NCBI GenBank assembly: GCA_041650715.1
Contig: JBAZKQ010000001.1
Location: 587,146-651,145, forward strand
Source: Patescibacteria group bacterium
GTDB taxonomy: Bacteria; Patescibacteriota; Patescibacteriia; Patescibacteriales; UBA12465
Length of the DNA: 64,000 bases
Reading direction: 5' to 3'
Positions 1 through 10,069 of this stretch are shown in pieces. The notes under the pieces were generated by a model. That model was not told the origin of the DNA. It saw only the letters and a program-made list of their open reading frames with translations, and searched no databases. The first letter of the stretch is position 1, and each line of letters starts with the position of its first letter. Position numbers and translations under genes: made by a program.

Positions 1-881
1 GCGCAAATTTTATCAGTAAAATTACTTAAATAATAATTGCGCGGTTCATAATTATTGCTCGCTGATAAACTATCTAATAATTCTGATAGCTCGTTTACGT
101 CTTTAAAAAACGCGCCACAATCAGATGTCAAATATGGAGCGGCTATTTTCTCGTCAACCCAAGAATAGTTTTTAAATTTATAAATCTTATTGTCGAGAAC
201 AAACGTAGGCACATTTTTTGCCCAAGCCTCAACGAGTGCAATGCCCTGAGATTCTGATTCCTGTAAATATATTAGCGCAGAACAATTATCAAGTAAGGAA
301 AAATAATCTTCACGACGAAATTCCCCATAGTTGATTACACTATATTTAATCCCCTTTTCTTTTAATTTATTAATGACAGCTTGAAAAACGTCCATGTTTA
401 TGTTTTTCTTATAAACCAAAATAGAATCTCTTGTTTCATAAGATAAGCTAAAGTCTTTAGCGCCCGCAGCCCAAACTTCTAAACGAGTTGCTAACTCTGG
501 CTTCAAGGATAACCACCAATTTTTTACCCATTCACTCGGTAATAAATATCGATCAATTTCCGAAGAACAAACCAAGGATTCGAATTCATCAGGCGAAACA
601 ACTAAATTTGGACCGGCTATTAACCTTCCTATTTTCCCCTTACGTTTCAATTCTATTGCCCATTGAAGAGCAGAAATACTTTCATTTACATATACAACAT
701 CGTCTTTTTCGATGCTTGTATTAATTTTAAAGGAATAATTTAGTTCATCAAGACCGCGCACCAAACTTGCAATCACGGCTTGCGGCCCGCGCTTCTTTTT
801 TAATATCATTCTCGTTATGCGCTTTAAATACTCTTGAGAAAAATAATTATTTGGTTTTTTTGTTATTATATGGAGGGACAT
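1..881 (-). CDS. glycosyltransferase (GT1/GT4-like), partial; start codon in window, C-terminus beyond window start
   Basis: Manual minus-strand translation from ATG at 881-879 gives MSLHIITKKPNNYF... with a ...ESQGIALVEAWA... GT4-type EX7E-like motif. The ORF is open to the window edge. Confidence 0.5.
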   Translation of the reverse strand, partial: MSLHIITKKPNNYFSQEYLKRITRMILKKKRGPQAVIASLVRGLDELNYSFKINTSIEKDDVVYVNESISALQWAIELKRKGKIGRLIAGPNLVVSPDEFESLVCSSEIDRYLLPSEWVKNWWLSLKPELATRLEVWAAGAKDFSLSYETRDSILVYKKNINMDVFQAVINKLKEKGIKYSVINYGEFRREDYFSLLDNCSALIYLQESESQGIALVEAWAKNVPTFVLDNKIYKFKNYSWVDEKIAAPYLTSDCGAFFKDVNELSELLDSLSASNNYEPRNYYLSNFTDKIC

Positions 882-882
882 T

Positions 883-2157
883 TTATTTTAGTGCATTTTT
901 TATTAACAATTCAAAGTCCTTTATACTATTTTTAATTAAAAAAATTTTTTCCGCTTTTTCTTTTGCTCGTTCACCAAACTCAATTAGTTTATTATTATTT
1001 TTTAGATCGGTGAATTCTTTCATAAATGAATAATATTGATCAATATTCCCCTGCTCGGCCACTCGACTAAAACTTTGGTCAAGATATTCTAAATGCGCAT
1101 TCCAAATATGAGAACGATGCGTTATGATCGGCTTTGCACATAGCATTGATTCGGCAATATTTAATCCACACGACTCTCCGTCTTTACGAAAATGAGCTAA
1201 GCAATCAATGGATTGATGGAAAGCCCAAACATCTTCTTCTTTCGCGCTTGTAGGCAAAAAGTGGACGTTAGGTATGTTTTCATCGGTAACTACTTTTTTT
1301 ATTACCGGCATAGGCGACATGATAATATAATGTACGTTACCGACTTCTCTACCTAATTTTTGAAATGCACGTATACCTATTTCATCATATATGTCGTCCG
1401 ATCCCCTGCCAATTCTTCCAAAAACCATATCCTCTTTCTGGATGCCTAATGATTTTCGTAATTTTAATCCAGCATCAGGGGAATCAGGACCGGGTCCTTC
1501 CGAAGGAATATACATAACGCTAATTTTGTTTTCAGGAACTATCGGCCTAATTTTATTTGCGACCGCATTCGAGATACAACAATTATAGACAAAATTTTTC
1601 TGGACATTGAACGAACCAAAAATATTTAACATTATTATCGGGATTTTCTTAATCAAATTTAACGGAAATTCAGTATAACCACTTCCAGTTGAAATAATTA
1701 GGTCAATATTTTCTTTATTTATAATATCAAAAATACTTGGCGATGCATTGTGTATAGTATAAGGATAAGCGGGATCCATTGAAGAGTAATCGAATGGAAT
1801 TAATTTAATATTCTGACCTTCTAAATATTGTTTTCTGCCATCCAATTGTATTTCTAGACCCGTCGCCTTCCGCGGTTTTGGCGAATACATAAAGAATATT
1901 TCATAATCATCTTTGTTTATGTGCTTAGCCAAAATTTGCAGGAATTTTTCTGTACCGCCGAAACTTAATCCTGATGGATGATAAAATAAAATCCTCGGCT
2001 TTTTATTTACCGTGCTTAATTTTAAGTTCGTATTAACGTCCTCTTTCTTAATAGCTTGCCATGATTTGAATGAATACCATTTTTCATAACACAAAGTAAG
2101 ATATCTTTGGATGCTAACTGGCAAACGAGGTAATATTTTTTTTACAAACTTTTTCAT
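883..2157 (-). CDS. glycosyltransferase family 4
   Basis: 424 aa. C-terminal DGESCGLNIAESMLCAKPII resembles the GT4 E-X7-E / Glycos_transf_1 motif. Confidence 0.6.
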   Translation of the reverse strand: MKKFVKKILPRLPVSIQRYLTLCYEKWYSFKSWQAIKKEDVNTNLKLSTVNKKPRILFYHPSGLSFGGTEKFLQILAKHINKDDYEIFFMYSPKPRKATGLEIQLDGRKQYLEGQNIKLIPFDYSSMDPAYPYTIHNASPSIFDIINKENIDLIISTGSGYTEFPLNLIKKIPIIMLNIFGSFNVQKNFVYNCCISNAVANKIRPIVPENKISVMYIPSEGPGPDSPDAGLKLRKSLGIQKEDMVFGRIGRGSDDIYDEIGIRAFQKLGREVGNVHYIIMSPMPVIKKVVTDENIPNVHFLPTSAKEEDVWAFHQSIDCLAHFRKDGESCGLNIAESMLCAKPIITHRSHIWNAHLEYLDQSFSRVAEQGNIDQYYSFMKEFTDLKNNNKLIEFGERAKEKAEKIFLIKNSIKDFELLIKNALK

Positions 2158-2171
2158 TAGTATGTAAATAA

Positions 2172-3089
2172 TTAATTATTATCCGAGCTACAAAATTTTA
2201 ATTTATCGAACAGATCAACATGCTTCACCGAATGAATAAACAAAAACATCCGCACTCCATCTATATGTTCTTCGCATTTATACTCTCGGAGACAAGGCCC
2301 ATCAACGATAAATGTCGAGTATCCCAATACCTCAAAATATTTAAAAGTCTCTTCGTAATTTTGATTGATAAATTTCCTGCCGATATTTTTAAGCGAATAG
2401 GCCACCTCCATAAATACAACGGGGAGACCGGTGCTTATCACTTTAAATGCGCCATTTAAAACTTTAAATTCGTGTCCTTCAACGTCTATTTTTATAAAAT
2501 CGGGTTGAGGAATTTTTTCCTCTAGAACAAGATCGTCAAGCTTGCACAGTTGAACCTCTCGTTTAGGCGCATTAATATCACCTAAAAAATTTTCATCAAA
2601 ACTTGTCCCTGACCCCGCAGTAAAAATAATATCAGTTTTATTTATATCGCTTAACGCTATTAAATGGCTCGTTAAACTATCATCCAGTCTGTTTAAACGA
2701 ACAGATTCATTAAGACAAGAAATATGCTCAACTAAGGGTTCAAACGAGTGCACTTTGATATTACCGCGGCCGAGCCAAGCGGCAACAATTCCATAGTACC
2801 CAGTATTCGCACCAATATCATAGAAAACCTGCTTCTCTGATTTTACCAAATTAGTTTCCAAAATCTGTTTAACAATATCCGTTTCTTCTGGTTCAACAAA
2901 GCCATTATTGGCAATTCCGTAGGCTATGTCAGATTGATCAAAAATATTGCCTACATACCAAAAGCCCAATTCGCTTTTGACTGCTGTTTTTCCCAAGGAG
3001 TTGTATTTATTTTTATTATAATAAATAACCGTCTTTTTTGTGACTAAACAAATAAGGTTTAAAAATTTAAATAGTAATTTTTTTATCAT
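2172..3089 (-). CDS. FkbM-family SAM-dependent methyltransferase
   Basis: YDIGANTGYYGIVAAWLG ... KVHSFEP matches the FkbM (TIGR01444-like) nucleotide-binding motif. Confidence 0.6.
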   Translation of the reverse strand: MIKKLLFKFLNLICLVTKKTVIYYNKNKYNSLGKTAVKSELGFWYVGNIFDQSDIAYGIANNGFVEPEETDIVKQILETNLVKSEKQVFYDIGANTGYYGIVAAWLGRGNIKVHSFEPLVEHISCLNESVRLNRLDDSLTSHLIALSDINKTDIIFTAGSGTSFDENFLGDINAPKREVQLCKLDDLVLEEKIPQPDFIKIDVEGHEFKVLNGAFKVISTGLPVVFMEVAYSLKNIGRKFINQNYEETFKYFEVLGYSTFIVDGPCLREYKCEEHIDGVRMFLFIHSVKHVDLFDKLKFCSSDNN

Positions 3090-4027
3090 ATTTTGAAATT
3101 AATTATTAAATTTTTTAAATTATTAATTATTACTATTACTTTAAAAAACGTTTTTGCCTTCGGTTTTCTGCCTGTTTTTTCAACAAACATGTCATGTAGT
3201 TTTTTAATGTCCCATATTTGCAGTGGCTCAAAAAAAGTAATTCCATATTTATCAAACCGGGAAAGTATTTCAACATAACGCCAGTCTTTCTCTTCTGAAT
3301 ATTCAAGAGTATCAACACTTACGCCATTCAACCATTCTTCGTTAATATCTTCGATTTGTAATTTATCAGTATTTGAAACGGAGTATTTATGATTAATTTT
3401 TTTTACTTGTGTGGGAGAGGCAATGAGCTCATTGCATCGATACCACGCCTGTTTAACAATATATCTTTCGTAAGAAATCGATTGTATATGCAGAAGCGGA
3501 TACTTGGCAATGTGTAATATTTTCGAGACTTGGGGGATTCTTGATGTGTGATCATTGATTACGAATTCTCTCTTATAATCAATCATTCGGTCATCATAGA
3601 ACCCGGCAACTTTAATATTATTACGCCAAACACCATCCACTCTATGCGTTTTCATTGATCCCCAAATTTGTATCCACTGAAAAGAAACCCCCATGCCAGG
3701 AAATAAAATATTATTAGAGATAAGTGTCTTAATTTCTCCAATAAATTTAGGGGATATTATTTCATCGGCGTCAATACAAAAAATAAAATTATTACCTTCT
3801 ATTTTTCTTGCCTCGTCAAGCAGCGCCCATCTTACCGAGTTACTATGTCCTTCGCTATTATTAATTACAACTCTAACCTTATCAAATTTTTTACAAATCT
3901 CTAGAGAACGGTCAGTCGATTGCTGGTCCGCAATAATTACATGGTCAGAAAAAGAACAAACATTTTCAAGAGTCTGCTCGAGAATCCAATCTTCATTTTT
4001 TATTGGAATGAGAGTTATTATTTTCAT
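3086..4027 (-). CDS. glycosyltransferase family 2
   Basis: N-terminal Rossmann-like ITLIPIKNE..., DxD-type CIDADEII, and a 4-bp overlap with neighbours (operonic). Confidence 0.6.
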   Translation of the reverse strand: MKIITLIPIKNEDWILEQTLENVCSFSDHVIIADQQSTDRSLEICKKFDKVRVVINNSEGHSNSVRWALLDEARKIEGNNFIFCIDADEIISPKFIGEIKTLISNNILFPGMGVSFQWIQIWGSMKTHRVDGVWRNNIKVAGFYDDRMIDYKREFVINDHTSRIPQVSKILHIAKYPLLHIQSISYERYIVKQAWYRCNELIASPTQVKKINHKYSVSNTDKLQIEDINEEWLNGVSVDTLEYSEEKDWRYVEILSRFDKYGITFFEPLQIWDIKKLHDMFVEKTGRKPKAKTFFKVIVIINNLKNLIINFKI

Positions 4028-4729
4028 TTAATTATTTCTTTTTATTATAATAGAGTTTTCCTCTTGCTGTAACTCGTCCTTTCGACCACTTAAGCCACTG
4101 CCATCGTTAGTAAAAACGCCAGCTATTTCTTTCGACAAATAAAAATCAGAATGCTGAGCAGCCCGAGCTTGCCATTCATAATCTCCGGCTATTTTAAAAC
4201 TATCATCGAAGGGCCCAACTTTATAAAAAAACTCTTTACGAAAAATAAAAAATGGACCAATTTGCATTTCCTTCTTAAATTTTTCCCTGCTGAATAAGGA
4301 TGGCGTAATCAAAACTCTTTTTACTAATATAGACAGCGATAAAATTTTAACAAAACGCTTGTATATAAATGGGAAATACACCAGGTCTTTACCATCTTCG
4401 ATTGCTTTCACGCCTCTTAAAATTGCTCTTGAAAAACGTTCGTCATCAACATTCCAAAAACCAATAATATCTCCTTCGGCAAGGCCCACTCCTCTATTCC
4501 AAGTTGCATATAAAGATTCCCTGGTTATTTCGTAATAACGGAAGTATTTATTTTCAGACAAAAAAGCACGCAAAAGTTTTTTTTCAAACTCCGATGGATC
4601 ATTGGCTATTGCTATTATTTCAAAATCAGTATTTTCTCGCTTTAAATTTAACGAAAAATCTTTTACTCGTTTTAAGTATTTTTGCAAATATTTTTCAGAG
4701 TGATAAATTGAGGTAATTAATGAAACCAT
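4028..4729 (-). CDS. small GT2-like glycosyltransferase / hypothetical
   Basis: 233 aa. MVSLITSIYHSEKYLQKYL... GFWNVDDERF resembles GT2 A-fold N-terminal halves. Weak. Confidence 0.35.
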   Translation of the reverse strand: MVSLITSIYHSEKYLQKYLKRVKDFSLNLKRENTDFEIIAIANDPSEFEKKLLRAFLSENKYFRYYEITRESLYATWNRGVGLAEGDIIGFWNVDDERFSRAILRGVKAIEDGKDLVYFPFIYKRFVKILSLSILVKRVLITPSLFSREKFKKEMQIGPFFIFRKEFFYKVGPFDDSFKIAGDYEWQARAAQHSDFYLSKEIAGVFTNDGSGLSGRKDELQQEENSIIIKRNN

Positions 4730-4768
4730 ATTCTCCTATCAAATTTAATAACACTAAATAGTATTTAT

Positions 4769-5635
4769 TCAACTCAAATGTTTTAAAAATTTTTTTATTT
4801 TTTTTAGAAACAGCATAATTACTATTACAACATAACTTAATATACCTAGCAGTTCATTACTATTGCCAAAACGCCCGATAAACTCAAGTTTACTATAATT
4901 CATTCGAAAATTCCAAATATACTGATCCTTATCCTCATGCCTATTACAATCAAAATATTTTACATCCTCAACAACCAATTCTTTAATATGCTTAATCAAA
5001 ATTAAACTTAATAGCGTGGTGTCATGTCTAAACATTTTTGCCTCTCTAACAAAATCAGTGCGGTTCACTCCTTTGTTTTTCCATTGTTCAGTCGGGGAAA
5101 ACCCCAAACATAGACCTGACTTTCCGGACGAGTACAAAATATTTGTAATATTTTTTAATTTATTACTGCGATCAAAACCAAAAATTCCAGCCGTTATTAT
5201 TTCTCTATCCGAATCTGATTCATTCATTCCAAATAAATCCATATATTCTTTCGGCGTAATGTCGGCAATATGTACTGTTCTTCCTTGGCTAACTGCTAAA
5301 TATCCATTAACCTCAATTTTTACAAATAAATCATCAAGTGGCCTAAGGACTTGATTGCCTGCATCTAAATATAGGTTTTGTTCAGCGAGAGGAGTGTTCA
5401 AAATATATGTTTTCCATGTATAGCATGACCGCCAAAATTCACAAAATTTTGGTATTTTTAAAACCTTTACATTATCCATTCTTTCAAGCTCTTTTTTGAA
5501 AAGATATAATAAGCCCAAATCATAAACGTAAATTGGTGGATGGTCTGGATAATTGACCTTCATTGACCCTATTAAATTTATTAGGGACGGAAAAAATTTA
5601 TTTGAGGCCGTTGTTATAATGCATTTTGTGATCAT
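4769..5635 (-). CDS. hypothetical protein, possibly a nucleotide-diphospho-sugar transferase
   Basis: 288 aa ORF inside the glycan cluster. No clear motif. Confidence 0.3.
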   Translation of the reverse strand: MITKCIITTASNKFFPSLINLIGSMKVNYPDHPPIYVYDLGLLYLFKKELERMDNVKVLKIPKFCEFWRSCYTWKTYILNTPLAEQNLYLDAGNQVLRPLDDLFVKIEVNGYLAVSQGRTVHIADITPKEYMDLFGMNESDSDREIITAGIFGFDRSNKLKNITNILYSSGKSGLCLGFSPTEQWKNKGVNRTDFVREAKMFRHDTTLLSLILIKHIKELVVEDVKYFDCNRHEDKDQYIWNFRMNYSKLEFIGRFGNSNELLGILSYVVIVIMLFLKKIKKFLKHLS

Positions 5636-5638
5636 ATA

Positions 5639-6961
5639 TTAAGTAATGAACACTATCTTTATAATATTTTTTCTGGTTTTACTAAATAGTAATATGCTTA
5701 TAGGCCCCAGTGAATAAGAAATTAAAGTCGCCCAGGCCGACCCAATTATTCCATAACGCGGAATAAATACAATATTTAAAATCACATTACTAATCATGGC
5801 AATAAAAGACGACGCAAAAAGTATTTTTCTGAAATTTTCGGCTACTAAATAGCTATTAATGAGACTTCCAACTGATACCCCAACACCCGCCCAAATATAT
5901 ATTTTCAAAATTATAATACTTCCAATGAAAGCTTCCCCATACAAAATCTTGATTATTAATGGTGCTAAAAAAGTAATTGGAATAGCGACAAACACAGCCA
6001 AAAGTAATAACAGCATCATTAATTTTCGCAATCTTTTAAGATATTGCTCTTTTGAGCCCATTTTGGCATTTATTATAGCTGGAAAAAGCGAGGTAACAAT
6101 TATTCCAGGGACAAAGTACCACGCCTCGGCAACTCGAACGGCCGCATCGTATAAACCTACCGAGCTCGCATCAATCATTTGTTTTATCATGACCTGATCG
6201 ATGCGTGAATAAATCAAAGCAAAGGCACTGGCAAAAATCATCGGCCAAGAGTCTCTGATTAAATTCCGAGCAATAATTTTATCATATTTCCAGTCTAAAA
6301 TGCTGCTTTTTATCTTAGTTTTATAAATAACGATAAAAAAAACAGCGTAAAGAACGGACTCAAGCAAAAGAATTAAAGCTAAATAAATTACCCCCCGTCC
6401 GGACACAATTACGAGAATTTTGAGAAGGCTCAGAATTAATACAACCAAAAGCGAAACAAGCGAAGGATATTTTGAGTTAACTCTGGCCTGAAATTCATAA
6501 TTAATAACCTGGAAGGCATTAAAAAGAAAGGTCGAAGAAATAATAAATATTAAAATGCTTGAGACATCTTTTTGGCTGAACAAAAGAGCTACTCCTAAAC
6601 ATAGCGCTATTGTGAATGAACCGGCAATTAATTTAATTATAAAAGCTGAACCAAGAAAAATATTTTTCTTTTCCGGATATTTAATCAAATCACGAAAAAG
6701 CACTTGATCAAGACCCAGAGTTGCAATAAATGAAAATATACCGACAAAACTTACGGCGTAACTCAACTGGCCATAATTTTCCGGGCCAAGACGACGAGCA
6801 ATGAACGCAGTAGTTAAAAAAGATATAATAAGACTTAAAATCTTTGCAAAAAACATCCACCCCGTGTTCTTGAAATACTTACGAAAACCCTCATGGTCTA
6901 AAATCCACTTCCATTTCTGTGGGACAAGGCGATTTATTTTGTTTAAACTTGCATCAATCAT
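5639..6961 (-). CDS. polysaccharide biosynthesis protein / Wzx-like flippase (MOP superfamily)
   Basis: 440 aa, roughly 12 predicted hydrophobic helices, N-terminal FAKILSLIISFLTTAFIARRLGPENYG typical of Polysacc_synt. Confidence 0.6.
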   Translation of the reverse strand: MIDASLNKINRLVPQKWKWILDHEGFRKYFKNTGWMFFAKILSLIISFLTTAFIARRLGPENYGQLSYAVSFVGIFSFIATLGLDQVLFRDLIKYPEKKNIFLGSAFIIKLIAGSFTIALCLGVALLFSQKDVSSILIFIISSTFLFNAFQVINYEFQARVNSKYPSLVSLLVVLILSLLKILVIVSGRGVIYLALILLLESVLYAVFFIVIYKTKIKSSILDWKYDKIIARNLIRDSWPMIFASAFALIYSRIDQVMIKQMIDASSVGLYDAAVRVAEAWYFVPGIIVTSLFPAIINAKMGSKEQYLKRLRKLMMLLLLLAVFVAIPITFLAPLIIKILYGEAFIGSIIILKIYIWAGVGVSVGSLINSYLVAENFRKILFASSFIAMISNVILNIVFIPRYGIIGSAWATLISYSLGPISILLFSKTRKNIIKIVFIT

Positions 6962-6979
6962 GCTATTAAAAAACCAGCT

Positions 6980-7228
6980 TTACCAATCGCTGGTCTTCTC
7001 AATTACTTTATTTTTTAAATTCAAATACGCACTCACCGCCTTCTCCTCGACGACAGGTGAGACTAACTTTAAAATCTCTAAGCCCAAGATGCGATATTGC
7101 TTCCCGACTTTATTGGCTTTAAGAATACCCTTCTTCAGCATACGCTTCAGGGTGCTATTGCTGATTTTAAGGAGAGCTTCCGTCTCACTCGTCGTATAAA
7201 CGGCATTAGGCTTGATTTCTTGGCTCAT
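6980..7228 (-). CDS. excisionase-family / MerR-like HTH DNA-binding protein
   Basis: 82 aa. TSETEALLKISNSTLKRMLKKGILKANKVGKQYRI matches the excisionase-family HTH (TIGR01764-like) pattern. Confidence 0.5.
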   Translation of the reverse strand: MSQEIKPNAVYTTSETEALLKISNSTLKRMLKKGILKANKVGKQYRILGLEILKLVSPVVEEKAVSAYLNLKNKVIEKTSDW

Positions 7229-7277
7229 AATTAAGCTTTAATACTAATACCCTTAGTATAAACCCCGCCGATAAACA

Positions 7278-7307
7278 GGTCAATAGGGGTCAATAAGGGT
7301 CAAAATT
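7278..7307. promoter_or_regulatory. three tandem 10-bp direct repeats GGTCAAWARK (iteron-like) plus nearby 7-bp inverted repeat ATACTAA-N5-TTAGTAT (7238-7256) upstream of HTH gene
   Basis: Read directly: ggtcaatagg ggtcaataag ggtcaaaatt at 7278-7307. Inverted repeat at ~7238-7256. Confidence 0.4.
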
Positions 7308-7416
7308 GGCATTAAATTTATCTAAAATTCCTGCGTATTACTTCTTAGTAGCGAGGCTGCCGATTTTTAAGATGCGCAGGAACGATACTATCTAATCAAT
7401 TTAAACCCAAAACTAT

Positions 7417-7980
7417 ATGAAAACGATAAAAATACTCGGTATTGTCGGTTCTTTACGCAAAGATTCCTATAACCTGGCCCTTCTAAAAGCGGCGCAAAAT
7501 CTATTGCCGCCGAACACAGAGCTTGAAATCTTCTCGCCGGCCAAGTTGCCTCTATTTGACCAAGACGGTGAAATGCAGCCGACTCCGGCCGTCATCGATT
7601 TAAAAAATAAAATCAGAAACGCTGACGCGATTCTTTTTTCCAGCCCGGAATATAATTATTCCATCCCCGGAGTTTTAAAAAACGCGATTGATCTCGCTTC
7701 CCGCCCCTACGGCGATAGCGCCTGGGCCGGTAAGCCGGCGGCGATTATGGGCGCTTCAATCGGCAATGTCGCGACCGCGCGCATGCAATATCATTTGCGC
7801 CAAGTGATGGTCTTCCTTGATATGCACCCGCTTAATCGGCCGGAAGTTATGGTCGCTATGGCCCAAAATAAAACTAATGAGAACGGCGAATTAACGGACG
7901 ATGAAACCAAAACAAAAATTTCGGAAATGCTCGTCGCGCTGGTAGATTGGACCAAAAAATTGGCTTCCCTTTCCGCTTAA
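7417..7980 (+). CDS. NAD(P)H-dependent FMN reductase
   Basis: MKTIKILGIVGSLRKDSYN...FSSPEYNYSIPGVLKNAIDLASR matches the FMN_red family. Confidence 0.7.
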   Translation: MKTIKILGIVGSLRKDSYNLALLKAAQNLLPPNTELEIFSPAKLPLFDQDGEMQPTPAVIDLKNKIRNADAILFSSPEYNYSIPGVLKNAIDLASRPYGDSAWAGKPAAIMGASIGNVATARMQYHLRQVMVFLDMHPLNRPEVMVAMAQNKTNENGELTDDETKTKISEMLVALVDWTKKLASLSA

Positions 7981-9068
7981 TGTAAGTATATCCGTCTATA
8001 TTCTTCAACCATTTCCTCAGAAGCGAAGCGCTTGGCTTCGCTTTTTGGCATATGGACACTCTTTAGTTTCTCTAAAAACTCCTCTTGATTATCAAGGGCA
8101 AAGCAATTCTCCGCGCCGATTATCTCCTCGTTCCCGCCTACTCGGCTTGCGAGCGCCGGAATTCCGGCCACAACCGCTTCCATTAAGCTTAAAGACATCC
8201 CTTCAAAAATAGAGGGCAGCACGAATAAATCAAAAGCCTTGAGATAGCGACTGGCGTCTTTTATTTCTCCCAAGAGATAAACTTCTTTTTCCAGGCGATA
8301 TGATTTAATTAAAGTTTCATATTTCGCCCGCTCCGGCCCTTCGCCAATCAGGATTAACTTCGCTTCCGGCTGCAGTTTTTTTATTTCAATATGCGAATTA
8401 ATCAAAAATTCATAGTTCTTCGGATAAGCCAGGCGGCCGATCGAGCCATAAATATAACTCGTACTCAAATCTATGCCGCTTTTTTCACTTAGAAACGCGC
8501 GCGCGGCCTCAGGCTCTGAAAAATAACCCGCCGCCTGATCAAGCCCGTTATATATTATTTCGCCTTTTTTCGTTAGTCCCTGCTTGAGGGCACTTGCGTA
8601 GTTTAGGCGGCTCACAAAAACTAAACGCTCAACTTTTTCCCAGGCAGATTTAAAAAATAAGCGGTAGGCGGATTTAAGCAAAATATTTGTATGGTGGTTA
8701 GCGTCTAAAAAAGATAAACCGTGCACGGTAAAAATGATTTTTACTTTTGGTCTTAATGCGGCCAAGCGCCAAACGCCGAACAAAGTATTGGTGCTATTTA
8801 AATGCACAACATCAAATTTTTCGGCGCCGACATAAGCCTTAAGTTCGGCCAGAAATTTGAAAATTTTAAAGGGATTATAGCTGCGCGCCAGATTTTTGAA
8901 GCGATAGAACGGAATACTCGCCGCCGCCAAGGACTCGGGCAAGAATTCGCCCGGTCCTCCGGCCACAAAGACTTCTTCCCCGCTCGCTTTTAGTCCCCGG
9001 GCTAAATTAAGCGCAAAAACCTGCGCTCCGCCCATTTCCGACCTCGTCACGACAATTAATATTTTCAT
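7977..9068 (-). CDS. glycosyltransferase family 4
   Basis: EGMSLSLMEAVVAGIPALASRVGGNEEII is the canonical GT4 C-terminal motif. Confidence 0.7.
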   Translation of the reverse strand: MKILIVVTRSEMGGAQVFALNLARGLKASGEEVFVAGGPGEFLPESLAAASIPFYRFKNLARSYNPFKIFKFLAELKAYVGAEKFDVVHLNSTNTLFGVWRLAALRPKVKIIFTVHGLSFLDANHHTNILLKSAYRLFFKSAWEKVERLVFVSRLNYASALKQGLTKKGEIIYNGLDQAAGYFSEPEAARAFLSEKSGIDLSTSYIYGSIGRLAYPKNYEFLINSHIEIKKLQPEAKLILIGEGPERAKYETLIKSYRLEKEVYLLGEIKDASRYLKAFDLFVLPSIFEGMSLSLMEAVVAGIPALASRVGGNEEIIGAENCFALDNQEEFLEKLKSVHMPKSEAKRFASEEMVEEYRRIYLH

Positions 9069-9152
9069 ATTTTAATTATGATGATATTTTTCTTTTCTTT
9101 ATTATAGCATCTTTGCCTTAAAATCTGCTATAATATAGCTTAGAAATAATAT

Positions 9153-9962
9153 ATGAATCATAAGTTAGATTTTTTTCTCTTAATCTTAGGGCGCTTCGGC
9201 TGGCTGGGCAACTGGCTGTTTTTGTTTATTGCCCTGGCCGAATGTGTCCCTTTTGTCGGCGGTATTTTCCCGGGCGGCACCCTAATATTCATCGCCGGCA
9301 TCTTGGCCGCCCAGGGTTATTTCCATGTGGGCGACGTGATTTTCTTTGCCTTTGCCGGGGCTCTCATCGGCGACTACTCCGGTTATTTCCTCGGCCGCTG
9401 GGGCGGCAATTGGTTCCGCCGCAAAAAATTTATTAAAGAGGAGCTCATTGCCAAAGGCGAAAACTTTTTCAATAAATACGGAGCTCCCAGTATTTTTTGG
9501 GGTCGCTTCATCGGCGCGACCCGCGCCATCGTTCCTTTCGTCGCCGGTACTACTCGCCTCAAGCCTTGGGTATTCTTTTCCTGGAACCTGGCCGGAGCGA
9601 TCGGCTGGGCCTTTAGCCATGTTTTGCTCGGCTACTTTTCCGGAAACATTATTGCGATAATTATCAAAAAATGGTCCGGACGCTTAAGCCTGATTATTAT
9701 TCTCGCCGTGGCCGCTTTCTTTATTTACTGGTTAATCCGTAAGCACCACCAAAATATTTGGTTATATTATATACGCTTGAGCCAAAAATTTACTATTTAT
9801 TTATTTTCCCGCGCCTGGTTTAAAAAACTGGCGAAGGATTATCCGGTCGTTGCTGAATTTTTTCAAACCCGCATCGGTCAGGAAAGAGTTTTCGGCGGCT
9901 TTCTCGGATTCGTAATTTTAATTGTCCTTTATGTTCTCGTCTTTATTCTTGATTTGATTTGA
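9153..9962 (+). CDS. DedA-family membrane protein
   Basis: VPFVGGIFPGGTLIFIAGILAA...GALIGDYSGYFLGRWGG matches the SNARE_assoc/DedA signature. Confidence 0.65.
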   Translation: MNHKLDFFLLILGRFGWLGNWLFLFIALAECVPFVGGIFPGGTLIFIAGILAAQGYFHVGDVIFFAFAGALIGDYSGYFLGRWGGNWFRRKKFIKEELIAKGENFFNKYGAPSIFWGRFIGATRAIVPFVAGTTRLKPWVFFSWNLAGAIGWAFSHVLLGYFSGNIIAIIIKKWSGRLSLIIILAVAAFFIYWLIRKHHQNIWLYYIRLSQKFTIYLFSRAWFKKLAKDYPVVAEFFQTRIGQERVFGGFLGFVILIVLYVLVFILDLI

Positions 9963-10002
9963 GTACATTTTCCTTCGCTTTTATTTACCCGCTGCGGACA
10001 AC

Positions 10003-10046
10003 TTTCCGTAAACGGAAAAAAAACACCTTTCGGTGTTTTTTTATTT
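10003..10046. terminator. bidirectional intrinsic terminator (two hairpins) between convergent genes
   Basis: ttccgtaaacggaa and aaaacacctttcggtgttttttt with flanking A/T runs. Confidence 0.5.
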
Positions 10047-10069
10047 ATCAAGTCTTAAAATGAATTCTC

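Noticed and set aside
9242-9660. Overlapping ORFs in alternative frames of the DedA gene
   Set aside because: A GC-rich codon third-position effect. The DedA frame has clear family motifs.
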